DNA from: Acaryochloris marina S15
Lineage (GTDB): Bacteria; Cyanobacteriota; Cyanobacteriia; Thermosynechococcales; Thermosynechococcaceae
Assembly (NCBI RefSeq): GCF_018336915.1
Contig: NZ_CP064923.1
Coordinates: forward strand, 4,560,001-4,592,000
Reading direction: 5' to 3'
DNA length: 32,000 nucleotides
Part shown: piece after piece, positions 17,276 to 25,997 of the stretch
How the letters are laid out: each line of letters opens with the position of its first letter
How positions within the stretch are numbered: position 1 is the first letter of the stretch
The notes under the pieces: generated by a model
What the model saw: the letters and a program-made list of their open reading frames with translations, nothing else
Databases searched by the model: none
What the model was told of the DNA's origin: nothing
Made by a program: the position numbers and the translations under genes

Positions 17276-17351
17276 CAAAAATTTGCCAAACTTAACACGT
17301 TTAGACGCCGATCTTTGCCAAAAAAGGTATGGCAAACGTGAATTGGTTGCC

Positions 17352-17357
17352 TAGAAT
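17352..17357 (+). promoter_or_regulatory. Putative -10 element (TAGAAT) of yfr1
   Basis: TAGAAT lies 7 nt upstream of the first stem of the predicted sRNA. ATGGCA, 17 nt further upstream (17329..17334), matches TTGACA at 4 of 6 positions. Confidence 0.4.
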
Positions 17358-17363
17358 GGGTAT

Positions 17364-17440
17364 AGCGGAGACACATGTTTCCGTTCACTCCTCACACCAC
17401 ACTCCGCCTGAGCAGTTGTTCAGGCGGCTTCCTCATTTTA
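17364..17440 (+). ncRNA. yfr1: Yfr1 small regulatory RNA
   Basis: Stem-loop 17365..17384 (8 bp including 2 G-U, loop ACAT). Unpaired ACTCCTCACAC at 17387..17397, which is the invariant Yfr1 motif. Terminator hairpin CCGCCTGA/TCAGGCGG at 17404..17427, followed by CTTCCTCATTTT. It sits between an IMPDH-family gene and trxA. The ends are approximate. Confidence 0.8.
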
Positions 17441-17550
17441 GGCGGTGATATCGGCATTTTGATTGTTAATTTTCTGTTTATGTCTAGGTGGGGTTGAACC
17501 TGCTATGGTACAAATCGTAGATAAGCTACAGTCGATAAAGGTTTCTAAGC

Positions 17551-17874
17551 ATGTCATCAGCTGCCCCAGTCACAGATGCCACATTCAAAGAAGAAGTCAT
17601 TGAAAGTGACGTTCCTGTTCTAGTTGATTTTTGGGCACCTTGGTGCGGACCTTGTCGAATGGTTGCTCCCGTCGTTGATGAAATCTCTGAGCAATATAAA
17701 GGTCAAGTCAAGGTTGTAAAAATCAACACGGATGAAAATCCTAATGTTGCGAGTCAGTATGGGATTCGTAGTATTCCTACCCTCATGGTCTTTAAGGGAG
17801 GACAGCGGGTCGATATGGTTGTCGGAGCTGTTCCCAAAACAACTTTGGCCAGTACCTTAGATAAGTATCTCTAG
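17551..17874 (+). CDS. trxA: Thioredoxin
   Basis: 107 aa with the WCGPC active site ([11 protein letters not shown]) and a typical m-type thioredoxin sequence. Confidence 0.95.
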   Translation: MSSAAPVTDATFKEEVIESDVPVLVDFWAPWCGPCRMVAPVVDEISEQYKGQVKVVKINTDENPNVASQYGIRSIPTLMVFKGGQRVDMVVGAVPKTTLASTLDKYL

Positions 17875-17950
17875 TTTTTAAATTTTCTCGGGTTCTAGCA
17901 TGGGATCCGTTCACTGCAACTAAGATTGGCAGTTTATTCAAACCATTAAA

Positions 17951-17986
17951 GTGGCCCTTAGCTAATTGGCTAAGGGTCACTTTTTA
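17951..17986 (+). terminator. Rho-independent terminator of trxA
   Basis: GTGGCCCTTAGC (17951..17962), loop TAATTG, GCTAAGGGTCAC (17969..17980). The stem is 12 bp with one G-U and is followed by TTTTT. Confidence 0.75.
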
Positions 17987-18032
17987 TTCATTAAATTGTT
18001 ATCGTTGAGCTGACCTAGCCTAACCCATACTT

Positions 18033-19124
18033 ATGACTGAGTCTCCTGACCCATCGGTTACTTTACATCAGCGTCTGAATCATTTCCTAGAGGTCTTACC
18101 CCAACTCAAGCATGGTCCTCTAATGATGCAGGCCCTTGAAACGGTGCTGAATATGGCTGAAGAGGATCTCGATCGCTTAGATTGGAAAATTCTAACCGCG
18201 GCATTACAAGATCTAGAGCAAGGGTTTCAAGTCTTCCACCGCTATCGACACATTCGCAAGATTTCCATCTTTGGGTCTTCCCGTCTACCGCCAGATAGTC
18301 CTGCCTACAAAATGGCAGTAGATTTTGCCCGCTGCGTTACCCAACAAGGATTTATGGTGATGACAGGAGCAGGGGGCGGCATTATGGAAGCGGGCAATCT
18401 AGGGGCTGGGCCGGAAAAGTCTTTTGGCCTCAACATTCAGCTTCCCTTTGAGCAAGATTCTAATCCTTACATTGCTGGGGATGAGAAGCTGATCGACTTC
18501 AAGTACTTCTTTACTCGCAAATTGTTTTTTCTCCGGGAAACAGATGCGATCGCACTCTTCCCCGGTGGATTTGGCACCCAAGATGAAGCCTTTGAATGTC
18601 TTACCCTGAGTCAAACTGGAAAGTCCCCCCCCGTACCAGTGGTTTTGATCGATCCGCCAGGCACTCACTATTGGCAAGACTGGGATGCTTATATTCACAA
18701 GCACCTGATCGATGGAGAGCTGATCAGTGCAGATGACCATCGTTTATACACAATTACGGATAATTTGGAGACGGCTTGTGCTGCGATTTCGGGGTTCTAC
18801 CAGATCTACCACTCAAGTCGCTATGTTGGCGATCGGTTAGTGATGCGCCTCAATCAAGAACTCTCCACCTCAGAAGTCAAATGGTTAAACCGGGAATTCC
18901 CAGATATTCTGATCCGTGACCAGATTCGTAAAAGTAGGGCTTTACCAGAAGAACTAGATCATCAAGAACCTCAACCTCAACAGGTTCAGGATGAAACGGA
19001 ACATTTACCTCGATTAGTGTTCTATTTCAATCAGCGTGATCATGGGCGGTTAAGTCAGATGATTGCAACCATTAATCAGATGGGTGACACCAGCCAAAAT
19101 CTTTACCATCCTGAACGAAAATAG
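18033..19124 (+). CDS. LOG / TIGR00730-family Rossmann-fold nucleotide phosphoribohydrolase-like protein (PpnN-like)
   Basis: ISIFGSSR, MTGAGGGIMEAGNLGA and the PGGxGTxxE motif (LFPGGFGTQDEAFECL). N- and C-terminal extensions flank the LOG core. Confidence 0.8.
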   Translation: MTESPDPSVTLHQRLNHFLEVLPQLKHGPLMMQALETVLNMAEEDLDRLDWKILTAALQDLEQGFQVFHRYRHIRKISIFGSSRLPPDSPAYKMAVDFARCVTQQGFMVMTGAGGGIMEAGNLGAGPEKSFGLNIQLPFEQDSNPYIAGDEKLIDFKYFFTRKLFFLRETDAIALFPGGFGTQDEAFECLTLSQTGKSPPVPVVLIDPPGTHYWQDWDAYIHKHLIDGELISADDHRLYTITDNLETACAAISGFYQIYHSSRYVGDRLVMRLNQELSTSEVKWLNREFPDILIRDQIRKSRALPEELDHQEPQPQQVQDETEHLPRLVFYFNQRDHGRLSQMIATINQMGDTSQNLYHPERK

Positions 19125-19443
19125 CTCCGCTAACTCAACCCCACAAAGTTGCTGAAGGGATCAATATTGGGATCAATATTTTGATGAATTTCTGTGAAAA
19201 TTTGCCATAAGAATGGGCACGTTAGGGCATGAGACAGTTCATGCCTGTCTGCAGGTCATTTTTGTGGATTGATCACATAACCAGAAGCAACAGTGGCAAC
19301 CAGGACGATGGCTTTTGGTTGGGATATGGGTGTTAACCCAGTTACACTCTGATATTGTTCTGTAGGTTAAAGTGAAACTATCGCAGAAATTGCCTAAATC
19401 GAGTCACTAACAGTTCCAAAGACTGTAATTCGGGATTTAGACG

Positions 19444-22400
19444 ATGGATGTATCCTCCTCAAAATTAAATGCTGACTGTTCCTTCCCCGACGAACCTTCT
19501 AACTTGACTCAGCAATCCCTTCTCAATCGCATTACGACTCGCATCCGTCAGTCGTTAGAGCTGAATGAGATCTTGTCAGCGACAGTGGCTGAAGTCAGAG
19601 CATTCTTAGGCACCGATCGCGTCAAAGTCTATAAATTTTTCCCGGATGGACATGGTTTGGTCATTGCTGAATCCATTCGTGAAGACCGTTTACCCTCGTT
19701 ATTAGGACTCAATTTTCCGGCAGATGATATTCCTCTGCCAGCCCGTGAACTATTTCTAAAGGCCCGGCAACGGTCTGTGGTGGATCTCTCCACCCAACAA
19801 ATTGGTTTTAGCCCCCTCAATTGCACAGAAACCGGCTCAGAGCTAGAGGATCACGATATTCGCTTTCGGCCTATCGATCCCTGCCATGTCGAATATTTAA
19901 AAGCAATGGGAGTGCAATCTTCGGTGGTAGTGCCTATCGTAATTGAGCAATCCACCTTTGAGCAGGTCAATATCGAGGCGGGTGCTTTAACGGGATTAAA
20001 CAAAGGGCAACGTCTCTGGGGCCTTCTGGTTTCCCACCATGCACAACCCCGTCAAGTCGAGGAGGCAGAACTCGAACTCATTCAGGCCGTGGTGGATCAA
20101 ATGGCAGTGGCCATTGGTCAAGCGACCCTACTAGACCGGGTGCGTGAGCAGGCCGCCCAAGAAGCGGGGGTGAATCGAGTCACAGCCTTGTTATATACCA
20201 AACCCACCGTTCCGCTAGAGATTGCCCTGACAGAGATGGTGGCCGTGATGCAGGGCACTGGGGGACGATTGTATCTCAGCCATACTGCGTCCGAACAATC
20301 CGCAGAACTCTATTGTTGTGGCGATCAACCCGCCAGATTAGATCATGACAGATTGATTGAAGAAAATGCCCTATGGCAAAATTATCTGCATTCAACCCAG
20401 GCTGTCGAAATCACTGATGCCGAAAGCCGCCCCTGGTCAGTGGACTGGATGCGCAAAAACTATTCCCTATCGCCCCAGGTCCGTTCTTCTACCCGCAGCA
20501 ATACAGTATGGGCGATCGCAGATATTTACCGAGAGCCATTATTTCGGGTTTTAAGTCCTGCCTTTCAATCCACTCCCATTCGTGGCGTGATGATTTTACC
20601 CCTTTATTTCGATACGGAATTGCTGGGGTGCATCACTATTTTTCGGGATGAGGTGGAAGAAGAGCTGCGCTGGGCAGGATTCCATCACCCCGATAGCCGT
20701 CAGTTAGCTCCTCGTCAGTCTTTTGAAGCTTGGAGACAAATCAAATCAGGGCAATCTCAGCCCTGGACAGACGCAGAGATCCGCTTGGCTGAAGCCTTAG
20801 GAGAACGGTTTTCTGGTGCGATTAACCAATACCAGCTTTACCAGCAGGTACAGACCCTCAATACCCATTTAGAAGAACAAATTAAGGAACGGACCGCTGA
20901 GCTACATCGTTCGACGGCGATTGCCAATCAACAGCGAGCTTTAACCAATATCCTATCTAAACTGCAAAAAGCGCTGGATCTAGATACGATTTTCCAGACT
21001 ACCACTCAGGAAGCCCAGCGATTGCTGGATGTCGATCATGTGGCAGTTTACCAGTTTGATGAAGACTGGGGCGGCTCATTTATTCATGATTTTCGGGCCG
21101 TTAAACCTAAGTGGGAACAGATTGTCTATTCCACTCGTGAAGTCTGGAATGACTCTCATCTGCAAGAGACGAAGGGCGGACGATACCGTCATCACCATGT
21201 ATCTGTTGTGAATGATGTTTCCCAAGCTGGACTCTCTCCCTGTCATTTGGAAACCTACAACTACTACCAGATCAAGGCTTTTTTGATTGCCCCTGTTTTT
21301 GTCGGTAGCCGTTTGTGGGGACTTATCGGCGCTTACCAGCATTCCAATCCTTATGAGTGGCAGCCCTTAGAGGTTGATTTTATTACACAGCTGGCAACAC
21401 ACCTGGGGGTTGCCGTCCAACAAGCTGGAGCCACAGAAAAGGTTCAAAATCAGGCTCAACAGCTAGCAATTATTGCTGAACAGCAACATACTCTGACAAA
21501 TGTGATCTCCAAAATCCGAGAGTCTTTGGATTTGGAAACTATTTTCGCCACCACGACCCGAGAGGTGCGTAGACTCTTGCAAGTTGAACGGGTTGTAGTC
21601 TTTCAGTTTTTGCCGGGTGCTAAATATAGCCAAGGGGAAGTGGTTGCTGAAGATGTCCACCCCGATTACCGATCCATCTTGGGATATGACGTCAAAGGCG
21701 ACTGTTTCCAAGATCGCTATACCGCCAGTCCTGGCACCCACCAAGTCTTTGCGATTGATGATCTCAACACCTGTAATTTGCATCCTTGTTACATAGAGAT
21801 GATGCAAGGGTTGCAAGTTCAGGCTCATTTAGTCGTACCTCTATTTCGGAGCAATATTCTGTGGGGGCTCTTAGCGATTCATCAATGCTCAGCTCCCCGG
21901 CAATGGCAAGTCAAAGAGCGGGAATTCGCGATTCAAATTAGCACTCAATTAGGCGTCGCACTCCAGCAAACGGAGTTCCTCCGCCAAGCCCAACAATCCA
22001 AGGAGTCGGCTGACGCTGCTAGCCAAGCCAAAAGCGACTTTCTCTCCCACATGAGTCACGAATTGCGAACGCCCCTGAATGCAATTTTGGGATATGTAGA
22101 GATCATGCAGCGAGATCCTGAATTAAGGGATACTCAAACCGAACAGCTCGGCATTATTGGCCGGAGTGGTGAACATTTATTATCACTGATTAACGATGTC
22201 TTAGAAATGTCTCGGATTGAAGCGGGACAGTTGGCCCTTACCCAAGTCAGCTTTGATCTGTACCGGTTATTGGATTCTCTCCAAGATATGCTGGAAGCCA
22301 AAGCCGAATTGCAAGGATTACAGCTCCAATTTGAACGGACAGCGATAGTCCCCCAGTTTGTGTTCGCAGATGAAGGGAAACTACGCCAAGTCCTGATCAA

Positions 22401-23991
22401 TTTGCTAGGGAATGGTCTCAACTATACGGAAAAAGGGCAGGTTTTGCTCCAGGTGGATACCTCAGAACAGATAGGCCAGCGAGGGGATACCTGTCAACTG
22501 ACATTTGCGGTCATGGATACGGGTCCTGGCCTCAAAACATCTGATATTGACCAGCTCTTTGAAGCCTTTACTCAAACTGATTCAGGCTATCGTGCCCAAG
22601 AAGGGACAGGACTCGGATTACCCATTAGCCGCCGATTTGTCCAACTGATGGGGGGGGATATTGAGGTTGATAGTACCGTAGGACAGGGCTCAACCTTCCG
22701 CTTCACGATTCCAGCCACTCTCGTCGATGCAGCAGAAGTTCATACCGTGAAGCCCGCACGACAGGTAGTGGCCTTAGCAGCCGGACAACCCACCTATCGA
22801 CTGCTGATTGTGGAAGACAAATGGGCCAACCGACAGCTGATGCAGCAATGGCTGGCCCCCTTTGGGTTTGACATTCGAGAAGCAGTGAACGGTAAAGAGG
22901 CCCTTGCTATTTGGCAGGAATGGGCCCCCCATTTGATCTGGATGGATATGCGCATGCCGGTCATGGATGGTTACAACGCCACTCGGGAAATAAAAGCCCA
23001 ATGTGGAGACAATCCCCCCGTGATTATTGCCCTAACGGCGAACGCTTTTGAAGAAGATCGCCTCTATGCGCTCTCGGTCGGGTGTGATGATTTTGTCCGT
23101 AAACCTTGCCAAGAAAGTACCATCCTAGACAAGATAGCGGAGCATCTTGGCGTCCAATATATATACACTGAGCCTGAGCAGTCTGAGCCAGACGCTTTGC
23201 AGGAGATGGAGTCTGTCCATCCTGAAAATCTCAAAATATTAGTGGCTGATGACAATACCCTCAATCAGCAATTAATGGTGCAACGTCTGGTACACCTGGG
23301 GTATTCGGCCGATGTCGTCGGTGATGGTCAGCAAGTGGTGGAGGCATGCCAGAACCAAACTTATGACTTGATTTTGCTGGATGTGCAAATGCCCAAGATG
23401 AATGGTTTGGAGGTGGTTCAATCCCTGCATCAACAAGGCATTCGTCCCTACATTATTGGGGTCTCTGGGCGGACTTTACCAGAAGAGAGACAAGAATGTT
23501 TGGATACCGGGATGTCGAACTATCTCTGCAAGCCTGTGTCACTAGAGGAACTCAAAACCGCTCTCAGTCAGTATCGTCCATTATCAGAGACTTCTCTCCC
23601 CAAAGACGTGAAGCCTGCTCTATTAGAGCAATCGGCAATCCAGACCCTGATAGACATTGGTGGAGATGATGGCGGCAGTTTTCTCGTCTCTGTGATTGAT
23701 AATTTCCTCAAAGATGCAAAGCCAATGTTTGAGGGATTGCAGGATGCGATCGCAAACACAAACCACGTCCAAATCAATGAAATTGCCCATTCTCTAAAAT
23801 CCATGAGCGCCTCTATGGGGGCCACTCAACTGACGCAGCAACTCAAAGAATTAGAGCATATGAGCAAACTCGAGAATCTGACGATCTCTCCCACCTGGAT
23901 GAATAAGCTGAATCAAGAATTTGAAGCGGTAGGATTGGCGCTAACGTTGGAGAAGCAAAACTATCAGACCTCATCTGTCGTCTCCAGCTAA
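19444..23991 (+). CDS. Hybrid sensor histidine kinase: knotless phytochrome (GAF-PHY) + two further GAF domains + HisKA/HATPase + 2 REC + HPt
   Basis: GAF1 has FPADDIPLPARELF and PCHVEYLKAMGVQSS (Cys147, 19882..19884). The PHY-like tongue has WAG (20671..20679) and PRQSF (20710..20724). GAF3 has WNDSHLQETKGGRYR...SPCHLE (Cys600, 21241..21243). GAF4 has GDCF (Cys754) and PCYIE (Cys782). H-box SHMSHELRTPLN (His872, 22057..22059), HATPase N/G boxes, REC Asp1168 (22945..22947) and Asp1313 (23380..23382), HPt His1449 (23788..23790). Confidence 0.9.
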   Translation: MDVSSSKLNADCSFPDEPSNLTQQSLLNRITTRIRQSLELNEILSATVAEVRAFLGTDRVKVYKFFPDGHGLVIAESIREDRLPSLLGLNFPADDIPLPARELFLKARQRSVVDLSTQQIGFSPLNCTETGSELEDHDIRFRPIDPCHVEYLKAMGVQSSVVVPIVIEQSTFEQVNIEAGALTGLNKGQRLWGLLVSHHAQPRQVEEAELELIQAVVDQMAVAIGQATLLDRVREQAAQEAGVNRVTALLYTKPTVPLEIALTEMVAVMQGTGGRLYLSHTASEQSAELYCCGDQPARLDHDRLIEENALWQNYLHSTQAVEITDAESRPWSVDWMRKNYSLSPQVRSSTRSNTVWAIADIYREPLFRVLSPAFQSTPIRGVMILPLYFDTELLGCITIFRDEVEEELRWAGFHHPDSRQLAPRQSFEAWRQIKSGQSQPWTDAEIRLAEALGERFSGAINQYQLYQQVQTLNTHLEEQIKERTAELHRSTAIANQQRALTNILSKLQKALDLDTIFQTTTQEAQRLLDVDHVAVYQFDEDWGGSFIHDFRAVKPKWEQIVYSTREVWNDSHLQETKGGRYRHHHVSVVNDVSQAGLSPCHLETYNYYQIKAFLIAPVFVGSRLWGLIGAYQHSNPYEWQPLEVDFITQLATHLGVAVQQAGATEKVQNQAQQLAIIAEQQHTLTNVISKIRESLDLETIFATTTREVRRLLQVERVVVFQFLPGAKYSQGEVVAEDVHPDYRSILGYDVKGDCFQDRYTASPGTHQVFAIDDLNTCNLHPCYIEMMQGLQVQAHLVVPLFRSNILWGLLAIHQCSAPRQWQVKEREFAIQISTQLGVALQQTEFLRQAQQSKESADAASQAKSDFLSHMSHELRTPLNAILGYVEIMQRDPELRDTQTEQLGIIGRSGEHLLSLINDVLEMSRIEAGQLALTQVSFDLYRLLDSLQDMLEAKAELQGLQLQFERTAIVPQFVFADEGKLRQVLINLLGNGLNYTEKGQVLLQVDTSEQIGQRGDTCQLTFAVMDTGPGLKTSDIDQLFEAFTQTDSGYRAQEGTGLGLPISRRFVQLMGGDIEVDSTVGQGSTFRFTIPATLVDAAEVHTVKPARQVVALAAGQPTYRLLIVEDKWANRQLMQQWLAPFGFDIREAVNGKEALAIWQEWAPHLIWMDMRMPVMDGYNATREIKAQCGDNPPVIIALTANAFEEDRLYALSVGCDDFVRKPCQESTILDKIAEHLGVQYIYTEPEQSEPDALQEMESVHPENLKILVADDNTLNQQLMVQRLVHLGYSADVVGDGQQVVEACQNQTYDLILLDVQMPKMNGLEVVQSLHQQGIRPYIIGVSGRTLPEERQECLDTGMSNYLCKPVSLEELKTALSQYRPLSETSLPKDVKPALLEQSAIQTLIDIGGDDGGSFLVSVIDNFLKDAKPMFEGLQDAIANTNHVQINEIAHSLKSMSASMGATQLTQQLKELEHMSKLENLTISPTWMNKLNQEFEAVGLALTLEKQNYQTSSVVSS

Positions 23992-24066
23992 ACCGCTGCA
24001 GTTTACTCTTGCAATCCTCAGGCTGTTGATCTGTTTTTTCGGGGCCTCTCTTTTACTCTGGGTTAG

Positions 24067-24684
24067 TCAGGGCTGCTGAATAAATAAACCATCATGTAGC
24101 AACTGTGCGATCGCATCGAGATGCACTTCGATTGCTCCAGGGGTCTGTGTCACATAGGGCATTTGCTCATCCATCAGTAATATTGCTAGTCCATGGATTG
24201 AAGCCCAGATCAGTCGAACAGCCTGGTCAACATCATCTCCTTTCAGAGTCTGACGCTCTTGGGCAATCGTGACGATTTGATATAAGGGACCCGCTGCTTG
24301 CTTGGAAATCCCATGGAGTGTGGGGTCAGTTACCCGCTCTTTCAAACTAAACATCATCCGGGCAAGCTCCGTATGCTCAAGGGTGAACTGCAAATAGGCT
24401 TGTGCTAAGCCTTTGATGCTGGTTAACGTCTCTTCTTGCTCAGGCTGAGTGGTAGCTTGCAAGCGCTGAATCAGCATTTCAAATCCCCATTGGACCAAAC
24501 TGAAACTTAAAGCCTGTTTATTCGCAAAGTGACGATATACGGCAGGTTGGCTGACACCACACTGGCGCGCTAACTTACTCAAATTCAGGGCTGAGGCTCC
24601 TTCTGATTGAATTTGCTGAAGTGCAGCCTCAATCAATGCCTCTCTCAAATAACCGTGATGATACGATTCACTGCTCACTGGCAA
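24067..24684 (-). CDS. TetR/AcrR family transcriptional regulator
   Basis: YHHGYLREALIEAAL followed by the HTH LSKLARQCGVSQPAVYRHFANKQAL. TTG start at 24684, with GTG at 24678 as an alternative. Confidence 0.9.
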   Translation of the reverse strand: MPVSSESYHHGYLREALIEAALQQIQSEGASALNLSKLARQCGVSQPAVYRHFANKQALSFSLVQWGFEMLIQRLQATTQPEQEETLTSIKGLAQAYLQFTLEHTELARMMFSLKERVTDPTLHGISKQAAGPLYQIVTIAQERQTLKGDDVDQAVRLIWASIHGLAILLMDEQMPYVTQTPGAIEVHLDAIAQLLHDGLFIQQP

Positions 24685-24715
24685 CGGTAGCTTGCTTCCA
24701 GCACCAGTGTACTGC

Positions 24716-24748
24716 GTTATACTTTATAACATTGTTATAGACTATAAC
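24716..24748. promoter_or_regulatory. Candidate TetR operator array (four alternating half-sites)
   Basis: GTTATA ctt TATAAC att GTTATA gac TATAAC, all perfect hexamers with 3-nt spacers. The array lies in the 110-bp divergent spacer between tetR and the DUF4345 gene and overlaps AT-rich -10-like hexamers for both. Confidence 0.55.
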
Positions 24749-24794
24749 ATTAGGATTGAGCCAATTCTAATCACTACACCATTAGGAATCTTGT

Positions 24795-25193
24795 ATGAAA
24801 CGAGGACTACAGCTCATCTTAGGGCTCTTAAGCTTGATTCCCTTAATAGTGGCGATACTGGGTCTCACCTCTGGCTTGGGACGATGGCTGCCTGCTGAAG
24901 CGATTACGCCAGAGTTCGATAGCCACTATCGCTATATCACCGGGTTTTATATTTCTCTAGCCGTGACGGCCTGGTGGATCATCCCCAATATTGAACAACA
25001 CAAGACGGCATTGCGAATTTTGTCAGGTGCCATCTTTATGGGTGGCCTAGGACGAGTGATTTCTTTTTGGCAAGTTGGAGCACCCAGCCCGCTAGCCCTG
25101 GTCTTCACAAGCCTAGAATTATGCTTTCCTTTGCTATTGATCTGGCAGGCTAAACTCCCTCACAATCGCCAGTCTAGGATCAGTCAAGGCTAA
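24795..25193 (+). CDS. DUF4345-like small membrane protein
   Basis: 132 aa with four hydrophobic helices. DSHYRYITGFY and FMGGLGRVISF resemble DUF4345 as I recall it. Transcribed divergently from tetR. Confidence 0.6.
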   Translation: MKRGLQLILGLLSLIPLIVAILGLTSGLGRWLPAEAITPEFDSHYRYITGFYISLAVTAWWIIPNIEQHKTALRILSGAIFMGGLGRVISFWQVGAPSPLALVFTSLELCFPLLLIWQAKLPHNRQSRISQG

Positions 25194-25240
25194 AAATTCA
25201 CTTAATCTTTTGCAGCCTTAATCTCCCTCTCCAAACAGAC

Positions 25241-25807
25241 CTAAGCCACCTTGAGTAAAGTTCTGGCCTGGGTTTCTTGTTGAATAGCTGAGAGGGTACG
25301 CTTCAACGTTTCTCGAAACAGGAGATGAAAGCTGCCCTCCAGAAACCCCATATCTGCATCTGCAGCAACAACTTGCTTGACTAAGATCTGGGAAGAAGTG
25401 AGAGGCAACACCTGCCAATACCCTTGCAGACGCTTAAGATCGCCTTCGAGAAGGTGAAAGCCCAATTGCCCAGGAGCCATTACCCTATTTTCAGTCCGCA
25501 CCTTAGATTGGACTTGGGCAAAGAGAACTTGAGAAATATTAGTTTGCTCCACAACCGTTCGCTGTGCAGATGATTCCAAAACTTGAGTAGCAATAACGTT
25601 GGGCAAAAATTTTGCTAAATGTTCAAAATCCGTCAACACTTGCCAAGCCACCTCTGCCTCACCTTCCATGATGACTTGAGCGACATATTCACCTGCACTA
25701 CCCGAGATGATGGCTTCCCCACGCTGCAAAGCTTGCTTCTGTAAGTCAGGCAATTCTGCTATCAAACTATCTAAAGGCTGGCACGCGGGAAAAGAGGTCT
25801 GCATCAT
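25241..25807 (-). CDS. SRPBCC (START/cyclase-dehydrase-like) family protein
   Basis: AWQVLTDFEHLAKFLPNVIATQVLES...GDLKRLQGYWQVLPL is typical of cyanobacterial SRPBCC proteins. The ORF is open to 25900, but I prefer the ATG at 25807 (MMQTSF) because the upstream 31 aa look non-native. Confidence 0.7.
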   Translation of the reverse strand: MMQTSFPACQPLDSLIAELPDLQKQALQRGEAIISGSAGEYVAQVIMEGEAEVAWQVLTDFEHLAKFLPNVIATQVLESSAQRTVVEQTNISQVLFAQVQSKVRTENRVMAPGQLGFHLLEGDLKRLQGYWQVLPLTSSQILVKQVVAADADMGFLEGSFHLLFRETLKRTLSAIQQETQARTLLKVA

Positions 25808-25997
25808 TAGGATTGTGAAACCATCGGTGGGGGTTGGGCAAGACAACCCAGTCTTTACAAAGCATAAGGAAAGTTTGTCTTTGTTGCATAGGCTCACCAA
25901 GCCTCCAGTCTGCGGTCAGGCGTTATAGAAATGGCAAGGAGTGCATCCCCAGACAGCTTTTGCCCCCTCTAACACCAGGCAAAAGACCTCGCCCACA

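Noticed and set aside
17905-17914. The 10-mer TCCGTTCACT downstream of trxA is identical to 17380..17389 inside Yfr1, raising the idea of a second Yfr-like RNA
   Set aside because: The copy lacks the CCTCACAC core and has no upstream stem-loop. It lies within the probable trxA 3' UTR ending at the 17951..17986 terminator. It is probably coincidence or a remnant.
25957-25985. 8-bp perfect stem CTTTTGCC/GGCAAAAG with a 13-nt loop between the DJ-1 and SRPBCC genes
   Set aside because: It has no U-tract on either strand and a large loop, so I cannot support a terminator call. It may be an RNA processing or stability element.
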